A stretch of 64,000 nucleotides of DNA. Origin: Phoronis australis. Lineage: Eukaryota > Animalia > Phoronida. The stretch covers positions 116,675-180,674 of the forward strand of contig NMRA01000723.1 of assembly GCA_002633005.1 (NCBI GenBank), given 5' to 3'. A model generated the notes under the pieces. That model did not search any database and was not told where the DNA came from. It saw nothing but the letters and a program-made list of their open reading frames with translations. Of the stretch, positions 36,503 through 50,819 are shown one piece after another (the stretch's first letter is position 1; each line of letters begins with the position of its first letter). The position numbers and the translations under genes are program-made.

Positions 36503-37972
36503 TAGAAAAATCACTATTTAATTTTGAAAATGTCTTCAAAATCAACCACAAATGTCAGCGAATGAATAAGTAATGAATGTACTACCATCCAACAACAAAA
36601 GCCTGAAACGACACTGAATCACTTGTTGAACAGAATGGCTCAAGTCAAGCACAAATTCTTATGGCAAGTTCACTTGTACTTCAATATTATAGTCTGTAGT
36701 CACTGACCATTTTGAGGTTTTCTTTTTTCAACCTTTTTATAACCAAGCACACAGGTCTCCAGGCAAAATTAATCCTGTCAGAAACTGAGGGTCAGTCAAA
36801 CAACTGACGACCTAAATTTCCAATTATAAAGATTACAAGATCAGCATGAAAGTGTTTGCTTTACTGACCACAAGTCATGTCATTGTTTCATAAAGCTAGA
36901 ATGATTTGGACATTGTTTTCAATAAACACAGCTGTGCTTTAGTGGGATGGGTTGGCCTTAACATTGTTTGCTATTCAGAAATCTGCTGGCAGCTGAGCCA
37001 AGTGTGCTGAATCAACCTTGAATCAGACAGGATTGCGCACAAAATATCAAATAATATGTCAGCAGCTGAAAACGCTCAGAATGAACTTTGGATCACATGG
37101 CTTTGAGCTAAAGATCTCACAATTAAGCTGTGGAATTAATGTTTCTCACAGTTTAAGTACTGTCTGGACAACATTTTCTTCAATAGTATCCTGTTAAGAC
37201 ACTGCTTTGTGCACCACTGGCAAATGATTCGTCTTGTAGTTATAACTGTGTTTCACCTAATGTTCAGCTGGCTAAAGAACAAAAATCGAATTACGCCTTT
37301 TACTATCAGAAAATCGGCCCACAATATTCCATACCATGATAGGATTCTACTTCCGTTACCAACCATTACAGTAAAGAATATCACAAGACCAATTTTATGA
37401 GAGAAAAAGGTCCACGTAATTTGATTTTCACGTTTAGCTAATCAAACAGGGCGAAATACAACTTTTAAGAGTCACATGACAAAACAAATTAAGTTCATGA
37501 AGAGCGATAAAACTTCTATCAAAAAAGGTCCCATCTTTCAAACCAAGAACACAATTTTGTCTTTTCTTAAGACAACAGATAAAAAGTGCTGAATGTTGTT
37601 GAATCTAAGCAACATCTTTCACACGTTCCCTTGCCATCTTCACATCACAGTTCATCCCCTTCCAGATAACACTGCCATGAAATGGACCAAACCCTTCTGT
37701 TCTTTGGCCAGGCTTAGTCAGAACTGTTGCCTGGTAGCCATGGCAACGGATAACTGGCTGATTACATGCAGCAGGGCAGACAGGGTTGTAAATTTCAAAG
37801 GCTACACAATTTACATGTGCAATAAACAGAGTCAGCCAGATGGTGTCTTGCAAGCTGAGCCAAGGGAGCATGGGAACTTCACCAGGTGTAAAAGTATCAA
37901 AAGGATACAGAAAATGACCTAAAACTCAACATATTTCAAAAAGGTCGGGTGTGTTTCATGACAAATGACTTG

Positions 37973-39012
37973 AAGGCCAAAGTAAAAAAAATTGGTCTTA
38001 CATCCCACCAAACAATTGTTAAAAGATAATTCAATCCCAGTTTTACAGCAAAAGTTCCAAGTCTCTGGGAATATGCTGCTAGTTTCTGAGATAATTTAGT
38101 ATTTTCTAGACCATGATGTGGCATCCATTACATGGGTATAATTCTGAAGTTGGGGCAAGATCAAATTTAAGAATGAAGTCTAAAGTTACTTTTCCTCAAA
38201 CAGACCACTCACTGCTCATAAGGGCCTTTCACACTCACTCACTCACTGCTCATAAGGGCTTTCACACTCACTCACTCACTGCTCATAAGGGCCTTTCACA
38301 CTCACTCACTCACTGCTCATAAGGGCCTTTCACACTAACGTTGACGCATTGATGTTTTGAGGAGTTGCGGTCACTATGAACGGTTAACTTCGGTCCTGGA
38401 TCGAAGTTAAGAGCGCCCAATGAATGACTGTTATACATCCATAAAACTTTAACAAGGACGTCAAGAACACATTACNAAGGCCAAAGTAAAAAATTTGGTC
38501 TTACATTCCACCAAACAATTGTTAAAAGATAATTCAATCTCAGTTTTACAGCAAAAGTTCCAAGTCTCTGGGGATATGCTGCTAGTTTCTGAGATAATTT
38601 AGTATTTTCTAGACCATGATGTGGCATCCATTACATGGGTATAATTCTGAAGTTGGGGCAAGATCAAATTTAAGAATGAAGTCTAAAGTTACTTTTCCTC
38701 AAATAGACCACTCACTGCTCATAAGGGCCTTTCACACTCACTCACTCACTGCTCATAAGGGCTTTCACACTCACTCACTCACTGCTCATAAGGGCCTTTC
38801 ACACTCACTCACTCACTGCTCATAAGGGCCTTTCACACTCACTCACTCACTGCTCATAAGGGCCTTTCACACTAACGTTGACGCATTGATGTTTTGAGGA
38901 GTTGCGGTCACTATGAACGGTTAACTTCGGTCCTGGATCGAAGTTAAGAGCGCCCAATGAATGACTGTTATACATCCATAAAACTTTAACAAGGACGTCA
39001 AGAACACATTAC
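37973..39012. repeat. ~500-bp tandem duplication (37973-38475 / 38477-39012) joined by a single N; probable uncollapsed haplotypes
   Basis: Near identity; n at 38476; copies carry 4 vs 5 units of the internal minisatellite. Confidence 0.85.
38206..38412 (+). repeat. ~34-bp minisatellite (4 units) running into a truncated Harbinger-like MITE; 5-unit version at 38709-38950
   Basis: Unit CACTGCTCATAAGGGCCTTTCACACTCACTCACT; the last unit continues as MITE sequence (ACTAACGTTGACGC...). Confidence 0.85.
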
Positions 39013-42000
39013 TTTTTCCAAAATACATGAACGTTGACAGAGGATGTCAGTCAGTCAGTCAAAACATAACTTCATCAGTGGATAATGCTACTATATCAGT
39101 ATAAGTTTTATGAACACCCAAACACTATATTTCACAGATTTCATGACAACTATTTTAATTGAGCTTGGACGCATCAGACACCATTTTTTAGTAATTTTTA
39201 ATTTAAATAAGACTCTGACCTGACATAGATGTGCTCCACCCACTCTCAACTATAGTCCCGTATACACTACAAACATTGGCATGGATCAGCTGACACGGAA
39301 CGAGTACTAGTATCTGTGTAAAGGAGACTGAACTGGAGCAAACTGACACCGCGGTTACAACTTTTGCCACCCGTTTGTGAGGTAGAGCAATTTGCGCTAG
39401 AACATCTTGCTCCGTGTCAATTATGTGTCTTAACGCAAAACTGGGGCAAGGCGGAAAGGATCATCTCTACTGCGCTTGTGTAATGACCTAAATACAGGTT
39501 CACTGACTCTTCAACTCCCGTCATTTGTAAACCTGCGCATGTGTGATCCACTCTCCAGCCTACAATTTCCGTCTTGCCACAGTTAGTGAGTTGTGTGTGT
39601 AAACGGACGCTTAACACCGATCAATTTGCTCCGTCAGTTGTGCTGGGACAAAAGTTGATGTCTAAACAGGACTTATTATCTCAGAATTCAATGTCCCAAA
39701 TCAACAACTTCAATAATTCAAGCTTAACTTTTCACTCAAGACATCTCATGCCTGTTATAATTGTATTTCCCTGAAACTGTGGCTTCCCAGGTTCCCACAA
39801 GGTTTAAACCTCACAACAAATTGGATTTGGTTTGGCTGAAGCCATTTGCGTTAATTAGGACTGGGTCTTCAGGGGAAGTCAGCGCAGATGCCACAGAGTA
39901 CTAACAGAACCAGCAGAACAACCAGCATCTACATGTCTGACAGCAGCTGTCAGCCATCTTGGAGGAACACACCGCCATAAGCTATTGTTTTATCCCCTCC
40001 ACCATGAGTGCTGTGGACTGTGTCCAGACTGAAGACAACATGTTGAGGCTACATTAGTGTGTCTACAAGTCCTAGGAAATCTACCTCAGCTGTGCTAACC
40101 TTAGTAACACCATGTCTAACCACTAGTCAGGTGGTTAAAACATACCATCTTTTATGTTACATCTTTCACTTTCTAATGAACCGCTCAACTCACCATCTCA
40201 ACAAAAAGCCACTCCTACACATTATCCTCTGTGGAAAATTAGTCTAGTTAAGTAAATACCTTAATTACAGTAAAAATTCTCCAATTTAGTTGTGAAAAAC
40301 TAATTATTTTTCTCAATGTAAGAGCTTGTCCCAAACTCCGAAAATAGGCAATGCTGGCCACCCCAAATAACAGAATCACCGAAAGATGTTAAAATTACTC
40401 AGTCTATAGATTGAAAACAAGATTGTCTGAAATTTGAGAAATATCGTGAACGTAAGAGTTTCTGCGTTCCAAATCATAGAGACCGTCCCAAAATTGGAGG
40501 ATTTTTAGCGTAATTCATTTTGGCTGAGGCCGAAGTAGACCAAGGCATAACAGGGAACGTGTTGTCACCAAATGGGTGCTAACATGAGACACTCTTGAGA
40601 TTCTTGCGATGAAAAATCTGATTATGGAACCGAAATTCAACATTCCAACCAATAACTGAATGAGCAGCCATTTTGCCAGAGTACACAGGGAGGGCCACAA
40701 ACTTACTCATGAAGTACTCGCCTTTAAACCCAGTCGTGTGTGATCTAGCTTTTTTTTGCAAGAACCTTGCTACATGGAACCCAATATAAGCTCTCCAATG
40801 CACTTGCAAAAGCGGTTTACAGTAATCATACAAAGAACGAAACCAAGACTAACTGAGACGGTCCACTGCAGAAACTGTTCAATACCAACAGACTACCGAG
40901 TATATATTTGTCTCTGAGAAAGCATTTCAGCCAGATGAAAGCAAAAAGCATGGCTGTGCTCTGCCCTATCGGCAAACAGAAGAGGGTCCCTTCAGGTGTC
41001 TCGGTTATCTTTATTGGCCAGAAAAACTAAACAATATATCCTCTTCACTAAACTGGCAAATGCTGGCACTTTCTATAGCATTTTTGCTGGCACAAAAAAC
41101 GCCAGTCATTTGAAAGATCACAAAGCGGCATTTTTGCTAGTGTTTTCGCCAGCTCTTTCGTAGCCAGACAGCTTACTCACAGGACAAACAAGTGCAGGGG
41201 TAAGACATCTTTTCTATTAATCGAATATACGGTCAAGTAAATGTGTTTTCACATCAGGTTTTGTTAACAAGGGATTTGGGTGGTGAGGAAATAAACTTCT
41301 GGCGAAAATGACCCCTTCACAGACAGTTCATCTGCCTGACAAAAATGAGTGTTTTCGCTGGTATTTTAGCCAATGAAACTGATGTGGACCCAGTGAGAGT
41401 AAGTCGAGGGCATGACTAGTTATGTCCATAGAGTTTAAGACAACCCCGTAATTTAGTGAAACCCAGCGTTAATGGCATCGACTGAATGCAATGAGAGAGA
41501 AACAATTATCTTTGTACAAAGAACAACAAATATACACATATATATACTTCAATCAATATCTTCTAATAGCACACAGAAAGAACGATAGCCAATAGAACGT
41601 ACACAGCAGAGTTAGTCCAAGGACGAAAACAGGTGAACTATCTACCAGAGAAAACATTACAGTAGAATGGGATTGATGAATCCTAAAATTACTCCTGTTC
41701 AGTCTTCCTCTAAACAGACTGTTTATTCCTAAAGGTTCGCCAATCCTTCGTGTATCAGAAAATTTATAGGCCAACAAATGAATTAGAATCAATACGCTTA
41801 GCCTCGAAATTGGTGCATAAAGAGGCCTAAGTTATTAGATCAAAAGACTACCATAAAATCTCACTAATTTTGGATACAATATGGTGGACAATTTAATTTT
41901 CTTAATAAATGTAGCACCATATTAAGGCTTTGTCATGTTAAACTTACATGTCACAGTCACTTAAAAATTTTGGGCACTCACAAAAATGTCAGATGCCCTT

Positions 42001-43436
42001 GAAAACTGAAAAAATGGACGGAAATAGCATTTATTTTTGCCCAAAATTGGTGATATTTTACTGCCAAAGAGGGTAACTTGCATCAGATATTTATACCAAG
42101 GGCACATCAGTAGCACCTTGAATAGACCATGAAGCTAACACTGGTATTTTGACAGTGCACAGATGTTCAAGAAGTTCAAATAAAGAACTTAACTAAAAAA
42201 ATGTTGTGGTAGACATCACACAAAAAAGAAAAACATACCCTTTGGCAAATTAAAAAAAATATATACTAAGTTGGTATCATTGGTTGAACAGCAACGTGGG
42301 GTTAAATGCAGGGGAGAAGTCAACTCTAGCGCATAATGGTGATTCAGAAAACAGACTGTCCCTTCTTTGAAACAAAGAAGGGCTTTGGTACAAGAGACTC
42401 TTCAGACACTCACTGGAGAAGGGACACCGTCAAACCTGTCCTCATTTTAGGTCCTCCATTGTGACTTATGACACTTATCACACAGAATGGACTGTTTGGT
42501 GCTAATGAAATGGAAGACAGTAAAATGATACAGCCAGCTAATGTCAACACGTGTTTTTCCAATCAGCTTAATGATATACAATCTTCTTTTGTTTTACAAT
42601 GGGCTTGAATTCCATTGAAACAACAGGAACCACAAGAGAAAATTGAGTTTGTGAAAATTAGGAGAAAAACACAAACTCGCGTAGCAAAATAACAAAAGAT
42701 TTATCAAATCAACCCAGGTCAATAATTGGCAAATGAATTTAATTAGGATAGTACTTATCTTGGTATTAATTAGAATGAAAGGCAGCAAGATTCAAAGGCT
42801 CACCACTAGTATTCATCAGAACAGAAAAACCTACAAGAAGCACGGGGTGTAGTGAATTTTATTCATGATGCAAAACAAAAATAACAGAAAAACAATGGTT
42901 AAATAGTCCTAAAATGTGGTGCATTCAGAACTCATGAAAGACTCTTTCTACATTCTGGTTGTCACCATTTTTTTCAAAACAACCTACTCTCTCCACCCCT
43001 CAAAGTAAACGTTATCCAATCTTCCCAGATTTATTAGTTGACTACCGTAGTACATTTCATTTTCATATTGCTTTTCTTAGATAAACTCGTTCCTCAACTT
43101 CTTGCCTCAAACTTCGAATGTCAATTTCAATCAGACCCCTCCTTCCAAGCCTGCATCAGTCTGCCGATGCCACCTCTGTTATGACATGAACAAGGACCAC
43201 AACTAATAGAAAGTTAGTACCATAGAAATAGACTTTGAAACACAACTCAAATGGTTTGAACTTCGAAGCTCAGATGGAAATTGTTAACCGCTCACAATGA
43301 ATTAAAAAGGAAACACAAACAAATATCTATGTATGTTCAGACAAAACTATGTACATATGGTGGTTGAAAGTAAGAAAACAAACACAGACGTATAAAAATT
43401 ATTACCCATAAACCGCAATGGCCGATTTCTACTCAC

Positions 43437-43502
43437 GTTTTGGTTATTACGCAGGGAGTAATGTCTCCAGGGCTGGGACTGGTGGCAGCTGGCCTGCGCC
43501 AT
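43437..43502 (-). CDS. candidate alternative first coding exon of RNF38
   Basis: ggtATGG start, MAQASCHQSQPWRHYSLRNNQN, donor AAC|GTGAGT in phase 0, matching the 27495 acceptor; no homology support. Confidence 0.4.
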
Positions 43503-46196
43503 ACCCGCAGAATAAAACAGAGGGATTCCTAGCAGCATGCAAACAGACAGACTACGCGCAACACCAGCACTATAATGCACAACAGGGATTACAAAGCCAG
43601 TAGTCTCACGCTCTCTTTCTCTCTACAACCCTGCAGACATGCACAGAATCCAGTATGCTGATTGTCACAACTCACGCAGTGGTCCGCTTACTTTGTCTGT
43701 GGTAAATATCCCAAACTTTGAGAACATTCAAGATAAATCCAATGGTATAAGTCACAATTCAACCTTCGAACAGGGTCTTTCATGAACCTATAGTTGCTAT
43801 GTCTCCTGGTTGTGGTTTGTTTATAATAAAAACTGTTCAGTTCACCCTAATCAGCGGTGAACCTTTGACCTCTTTTGTGTAATATTTGCGCAGGAAAAAG
43901 ATTAAAATTCCGGTCTCATAAACCAAGGTTCAATTCCTGATATCACAAAATAGTGTCCACTCCTAGCTAGCACGAAATCCCAAGCACGAAAAACCACCAA
44001 ACACCAATGCCTTCAGCAGGAGATTACATTCACTCCACTATGGCTATTCAACAAGTTTCTATGCCCTGTGAAAGAGTGGAAACCAGGCTTCTCTTCAATC
44101 ACTGAACTGCCTCTCATTCACTGCCTAATCTTCCACTGCCAAGCTCTCTGTTCACAGTAACTGACCACAAATCAACAGTGGTCTCTCCACAATCTATTCA
44201 CAGCACACAGATTACCTATGTGTGACCAGCCTCACTGGCTCCACCACTATTGTTCAGCAAGCCTGAGTTGTTAATTCAGTGCCAGTGTGTGTGTGTGTGT
44301 GTGTATGTGTGTGTAGATGTGTATTAGCATTAGCTAGCCAGCTCTGCTAACAGAATGCAGCTGTGACCTACCCACAATGCACAGCGACCTCTATTTATGC
44401 ACATAAGGCCAAGAAAAGCCTTGTTGGATTCTGGAGTGAGGACTCTACTGGGCTGAAGCATTTGCACTCAGTATTTGTGGTTTACTTCCATAGTGAATCC
44501 ACCAAGGTGAACAATATTGCTCAGTAACTGACATTTTGGAAAGAATAGAAGCCATGTTGATTAAGTTGTGCAAGAATGATCAGTAATTTTTTAGAAGCAG
44601 TCTCTTCATACACCATGTGTTCAGTACGTAGTCAAAGTACAACAAGAAGTGTTAAGATCATCTGACAGTTCATACAAATAGGATGATTCATAAAATTTTG
44701 AAGCAAAACTGATAACTAAAATATCACATTACAAAAATGACAATGGTGTATAAGGCATTGAAACAACAAAAACATTTAAAACAAGCAAAACTACGCCGTT
44801 GTAATGAATTAGTATAAAATTATGAACGTTAAAACAGAGATTGAAAAGCTTGTAAAACATTATTTTGAAACGTTTTGTGTGTTGGTCTGAACAACTCTTT
44901 TAACAGTTTGTTGAAATGTTGATTTTGAGCATGGAGCCCATTCCCTTTAGTTATTTCGTCTGACCCAGCTTTTAAACAAAACAAAATTTCCTCTCATTGG
45001 GTATTCCAGGTATTACTCCTACAAAAACACTAGCACTGATTGCACTACATGACCCAATTACTCAGTGAGGCTCAAAACAACCTCTTCCATAGGTCGAAGA
45101 ACATAGCATGGATAACTCATGAAGTCAGTGACTCGCTCAAGCAATTTACCAAGTACAAATGCAAACTGGTTCTCAAAGGCAACTGAGACTGATAAAACCA
45201 ATAAAGAACAAAATGGGTAATGGTCACTTATAGGCCGGGGGGGGGGGTGCCATATAACGGCATCAAACAGTTAAGTGACAAGTGTACCCTTTGGTGAAAT
45301 CATGTCATGAAAGACAGAGTTGACCATTTGGCTGTGAAATAAATAAAATGAAAAAAACAGCAAACAGAAAAGGAGGTTTTTATATTAGTGTGTGTGTGAG
45401 AGTGTGTGTGTGTGTGCGCGCGAGCACAAGTTTTTTGCAATTCTGATATTTCTAACTGGTAATAACTTGGTAACCACCAACAACTTAAACTATAAAAGAA
45501 CAGAGTTCACAATGAAATACCCCTTGTACTAAAATACATTTAACAAAGGGGATCTGCACTGAATAAACTATGGAGTACACAATATGTGGGTGGTTTTCTT
45601 TTACTTTCAAAGGTGCCAGTTCTCAATGCTTGGTGTTGGCTAGAAGCAAACATCGTATACACAAAGTACTGAAACATTCCAGAACTTGAGTCATAACTGG
45701 AAAGTACAACAAGGGGTAAAGGCAGTACTTCTATAGTTGCTTAGCTTTAATCTTTCAAATTATCACCAATTTAGATAGCTCCAAGTATCATAACTCTTTA
45801 GTTATTTCATGTAAATACCATAACCAAGGCAGACTTCAGTGTGAGAGGAGAAATTCGTCCTATACTCAAAAGCTTTCACAGTGATGTTTTATTACGACAT
45901 TCGTACTATACAAACTTTGTTGAAAACGCAACTGGACTTTTTGTTTGGCAGCTAAATACAGACGCGCAGCTATGTAGCAAAATACCGAGAGAAATAACAG
46001 AAAAACAAAATAAAACACTAGCTATATTACGAGACTGCATGTCTCATCATCAGGCAATGAGTGAAATGAACATATACGAAGAGAAATAAACAGTGAAATA
46101 CAGATGACACCAAGCAGTGGGGCATACAAACAGAGAGTGTGACTGTATAACACCATAGCGAGCCCACAAGCCTAACGAAATAGAGCCAGTGTCCCG

Positions 46197-46336
46197 TACA
46201 CACCTGTGAGCTGCTCATTCAGCACAGGTTTTTCGTGACCGATTAATAGAGTTTCCAGGATTTGGTTAAAGATTTTGGAAAACCTATTGATCAATCACAA
46301 AAAACCTGTGTTGAATGAGTCGCTTACAGGTATGTA
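46197..46336. mobile_element. 140-bp palindromic MITE with TA at both ends (Tc1/mariner-like)
   Basis: TA|CACACCTGT...ACAGGTATG|TA; ~65-bp imperfect arms with a ~10-nt loop. Confidence 0.7.
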
Positions 46337-46416
46337 TCACACTGGGTCTGGGTATCCAGGTGTGTATCACACTGGGTCTGGGTATCCAGGTGTGTATCAC
46401 ACTGGGTCTGGGTATC
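46327..46416. repeat. 30-bp minisatellite, 3 copies, overlapping the end of the palindromic MITE
   Basis: CAGGTGTGTATCACACTGGGTCTGGGTATC x3. Confidence 0.9.
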
Positions 46417-49400
46417 ACACAGGCACAGATATTGCTTTGTTCCAAGCCGCCTGCTACTTACAAATTGTGTGTTGCATGCATGCATAGCAAATTGTGTAAT
46501 GAAGGTAAAACAAGAAGCACCAGGCTTGTATTGGATGCTAGTCACTATGCAAAGCTGTAAAACTTGTGTAGGAATTTTTTGTCCATATTTCACACATATT
46601 TTGAATGAGATTGCAGGAGGGGGTGAACCTTAATGGCTTTGATTTGATTTAAATTCCAAATTTCGAAGCAAAGAGAAAATTCACAATAGAATTTCTTCCG
46701 ATATCCCTCACAATTCAGTCAATAATCCCAACACAACAAAAATTGTTTTGACAAGACTTCGTCAGTTTTTGATAGACAACGGCTACTCACAAAGAGCGCG
46801 GGCTCTCGCGCTGCAGACTTAATGTATGCGTGCTGACATATGCGCTTGGCCAAGGATAGGATTAACAAAGAACCAGCATAGTAAGCGAGCAGAATTAACG
46901 ATTTCCACGGCCTCAGCCCTGAATACTATACTACAGTACGAATATTGATCCAAAATCCTCTGTACACAACATTGATAGGCTGTGTATGGTTGCATGCAGG
47001 CTCGTGCAGACCTGGATCAGGCGTTTACATAAGGTCCCTCCAGGGAAGACAATGAGGGCAGTCTTCATATTTTATGCATTGACATCACACCGCCAACGGA
47101 AATTTATAAACAACAGTTTTTAAATTTAGAAAATAACTTGGCACAACAGTAAAATTTTTCAAGAAAGAAAACATGAAAATTAACCTCAATACTTTCACAG
47201 AATAGATAGTGCTACTGTTATTAACAAGGTGAAACTTTCAGCATTTCAAACCATGCACAAAGCTTTTGAAAAATAGAAAACAACAATTTTGGCAGTTATT
47301 GTAGATCCATTTTGAGGAAACTTTGCCATACATGAAGGCTAAAATATGTAGACCACATCTCCCCATCAACATCAGTAAAGCTCACCTACAAAAATTATAC
47401 CAAATCAAACACAAGTTTCTTTATGAAACATGATGTCAATAGTTTTCTAATGTCAATCTTGACACCATGCTTACACAATTACAACAGTACGTGCTCTTTG
47501 AGTTTGTCTTTCTCAACATTTTTTACAATTAGTGTTATTATGAAAAGCAAAACTATGAATAGGTCACACCGTTCCACGCAAAACCGAGCAATTTGAATAG
47601 TTTTTGATTGCTACACCAGGCATTTTATTATATGCAATCAACATAGATAACAATAACTTGAGGATACTGCAACTGTTGCTTAATGTGCTGGAGAACAGAG
47701 CCATCTATTGTGTAACCTTAAAAGACAAGTCAATAGACAACAAATGTAAAGCATCTCCGGCATTTCACTGCAATATTGATTGGTGACATCTGAAGCCACA
47801 ACACAGAAACTTAAACTGCTTTGCTAGTTCAAGGGGGGAATCTAATCCCACATGTCCTTTACACACCTGCTTATACTACAATTCATTCAAAACACAAAGG
47901 TAGAATAAACACACATTCCCATTAACTATTCAACAAGTTTACGAAAAAATCTGAAGTGCTACCAAAAAATAAGGCGACATATACCCAATAACCAAATGAT
48001 TTTCGATCGTCGTTTGGCAACATATATCTCGGGTACTCAAACGCAAGACAGGACTTACGAATTTAAAAAATGCGCGACCAGTAATTACTTTGGATTGGGC
48101 GACTAAGATTTTTAATTCAGTCGTCTAGTTGGCAACTGGGCTTTTGAGACCCAAGTGCTTGCCTGTATAGAAGAGTACATGTGGCCAAAATATTATCAAG
48201 TAAACTGCTACACACAGGCATATAACGATGAAGGTACAGCAAGCACTGCTCAAGTCAGGTTAAGTAATGTGTGGTATGCCAAATATTTATCAATGCACTG
48301 CCAAGGCTTTATGAATCAATGTAACCCACATGAGTGGGCTTTGTAGGTTCAATATCAAGAAATAGTGAACTCTGAATGTGAAACAACCAGGGGTAAAAGC
48401 TTAAAGCCAGTGCAGAGTGCTAGCTATGAACTGAGCGGTCTGCCTAAAGTGAACCATATTTGAGCTCACACCTCACGCCAAGGCAAGACCATTTGAATGA
48501 ACTTGCCGCTAGTTCATCCAATTGTTACTGTATTTTCACCTTGGCAAGAGCTGACAGCTCAGCTATGGTTCATTAGAGGAAGATAGCTCAACTGGTAGCT
48601 GCGCCTTTACAATTAACTACCTCAAACAAAACCTTGTGTTCTACTACTGAAAGAATACTGACAAAACTGAAGCAAATCAAGTCTAAACCTGAAACAGGCC
48701 ATACCCAAAACATGATATTACGTTATCATCACCACATTGTAACCACATTGGCCCAACAATGACTGACATGGCACAAATTGGCATGGGTGGGTTGCAGGTT
48801 GTTGTGGCAACCACATAACAAGACACACAACAGAATCATCAGCAGGTCACTGTAAACAGAACTGATGTCCAAGTGTACAGAAACCATGAGGCTTAGTGCC
48901 GCAGGGAACAGTTTAGAGTAATAGCAGGGCTTACAGCAGACCCACAGCTGTCAACAGAAAGAGAAATGTTTGTAAATCAGAAAGTATATTGTTAGATATG
49001 ACGTGTAATGTGTTGCAAAATTCAATGTTAAACAAATTGTGTTTGATGTCATTACATGTATTTGTTATCTTATATAAATTTTATATTTGATTTTACTCTT
49101 TGTATATTAGATGCTAACATTGAGCATTAAAACAAGCATAGTAATCTATGAGTGGAAATTTGAAGACAGTTCTGTGGATTAGGCGTTAAGCCAACACCAA
49201 GACGAATACAGTGCACTGATGCATATGCATCTCTATGAACTGTTGATCGGGGGCAGCTGGGTTGGGAGCGAACAATGTGAATTATCAAGTGAACCATTTT
49301 AATGTAGTAGTCATTTTTGTACAGAAATACAATATTAAGGGAAAATAAAACACCACTTTTCAGTCATATTTTATACTGAAATGAATTTATTTTGATTTTG

Positions 49401-50026
49401 AATTGGGCAGAAGAAATTTTAAAGTTCTGAAATACCGTAAGAGAAGTGAATATTTCTAGTTTTCCACCATGATTGTAATCTACTATGTCCACAGCAATTA
49501 CCGCATTAGTGATGGGGCATTCTTGGCCAGTTAACTGTTTCAAACTTGTTTGATTAAATATTGAAGTTATAGCTTTTTGGGGCTTTGAAGTCAAACCGCC
49601 AATTGTACAACCTCACTTTAAAAACAACTGTCAGATAAGAAAAGTCGATAGGATGGTACAATACTGATCTTGAGCCTACTATTGTCACAAAGTGCTGAAT
49701 AATGTCTTAGGAATGGTGGTTGACATGGGTCTATATTTGCTATATTTGTTATTGTTGTTATTGTTGTTACACTTAAGTAAGCAAACAAAGGACTACAGAA
49801 TGATAGCCCTTAATCACACTACAACCATCCTTTGTGAACCCCCCCCCCCTCCTCAATAAACTCCAGTCACAACTTTTAGGTAGTCAGCAGGAAATTGCAT
49901 GGACTGTTCCATAGACCAAGGACCAAGTTTCTTACCAGAAAAGTAAGATCAGTAAGTCTTCATGAGGTATATAATAGCGATGCAATATAAGCAGACCACC
50001 TGATCACATTTTAGCTTTTTCAGAAA

Positions 50027-50456
50027 CAAGGTACCTAAACTACACGGTCAACGGACTCATAAACATGACTCACGGACCTGTAAACACCGTCCTCTGACTC
50101 ACAAACACGGGAACGGACTCATAAAACACGATCCACGCACCCAAATACATGGGACACGGACTCATATTCATGAAGAAACACGGTTAATGGACCGCCAAAC
50201 ACGGTTTACAGACAAAATGAAGACGTCAGCTGACCCAGGAAGCCGATGAGTCCGTGACCAGTGTTTGGCGGTCCGTTAGCCGTGTTTCCTCGTGAATATG
50301 AGTCTGTGTCCAGTGTATTTAGGTGCGTGGATCGTGTTTTGTGAGTCCGTTCCCGTGTTTGTGAGTCAGTGGATGTGGTTTGCAGGTCCGTGAGTCGTGT
50401 TCATCCGTCCGTGCCCGTGTTTATGAGTCCGTTGACCGTGTAGTTTAGGTACCTTG
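50027..50456. mobile_element. 430-bp foldback element with 5-bp TSD
   Basis: Perfect 39-bp TIR CAAGGTACCTAAACTACACGGTCAACGGACTCATAAACA; imperfect arms extend ~180 bp; AGAAA on both sides (50022-50026, 50457-50461). Confidence 0.9.
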
Positions 50457-50819
50457 AGAAAGTGTCTCAGGTCTACAGAACACAGCCCCGGACTAGGCCA
50501 TTATTGTTCCAAGTGGGGTAACAGGCTGCCAAGAGGCAGGACAAAAGATCAACACTACCAGTATCTTTGACACCACTGAGTGACATTATGACCTAAGGTA
50601 ACAAGGTCAACAGTACTTTGACATTCTTGGACTCCCAGTGGACCGAACAAAGTGAAATAAGACAAAAGGTAGATCTATACAAAGCAAAACATAGAAAACA
50701 AGAACAAGATATGAAAGTGAACAATGACTTTCATTTCCCCTGCAACACACACTAACACACACCTATCACAATGGTTAAACATTACACTTTTCTCAAAAAT
50801 GCCTTCCCGTCTGTGCGGA

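Noticed and set aside
39810-39845. Another RNF38 first exon (MASAKPNPICCE, phase 0)
   Set aside because: The donor GAG|GTTTAA is weak and upstream ATGs end in a stop; too little support to call.
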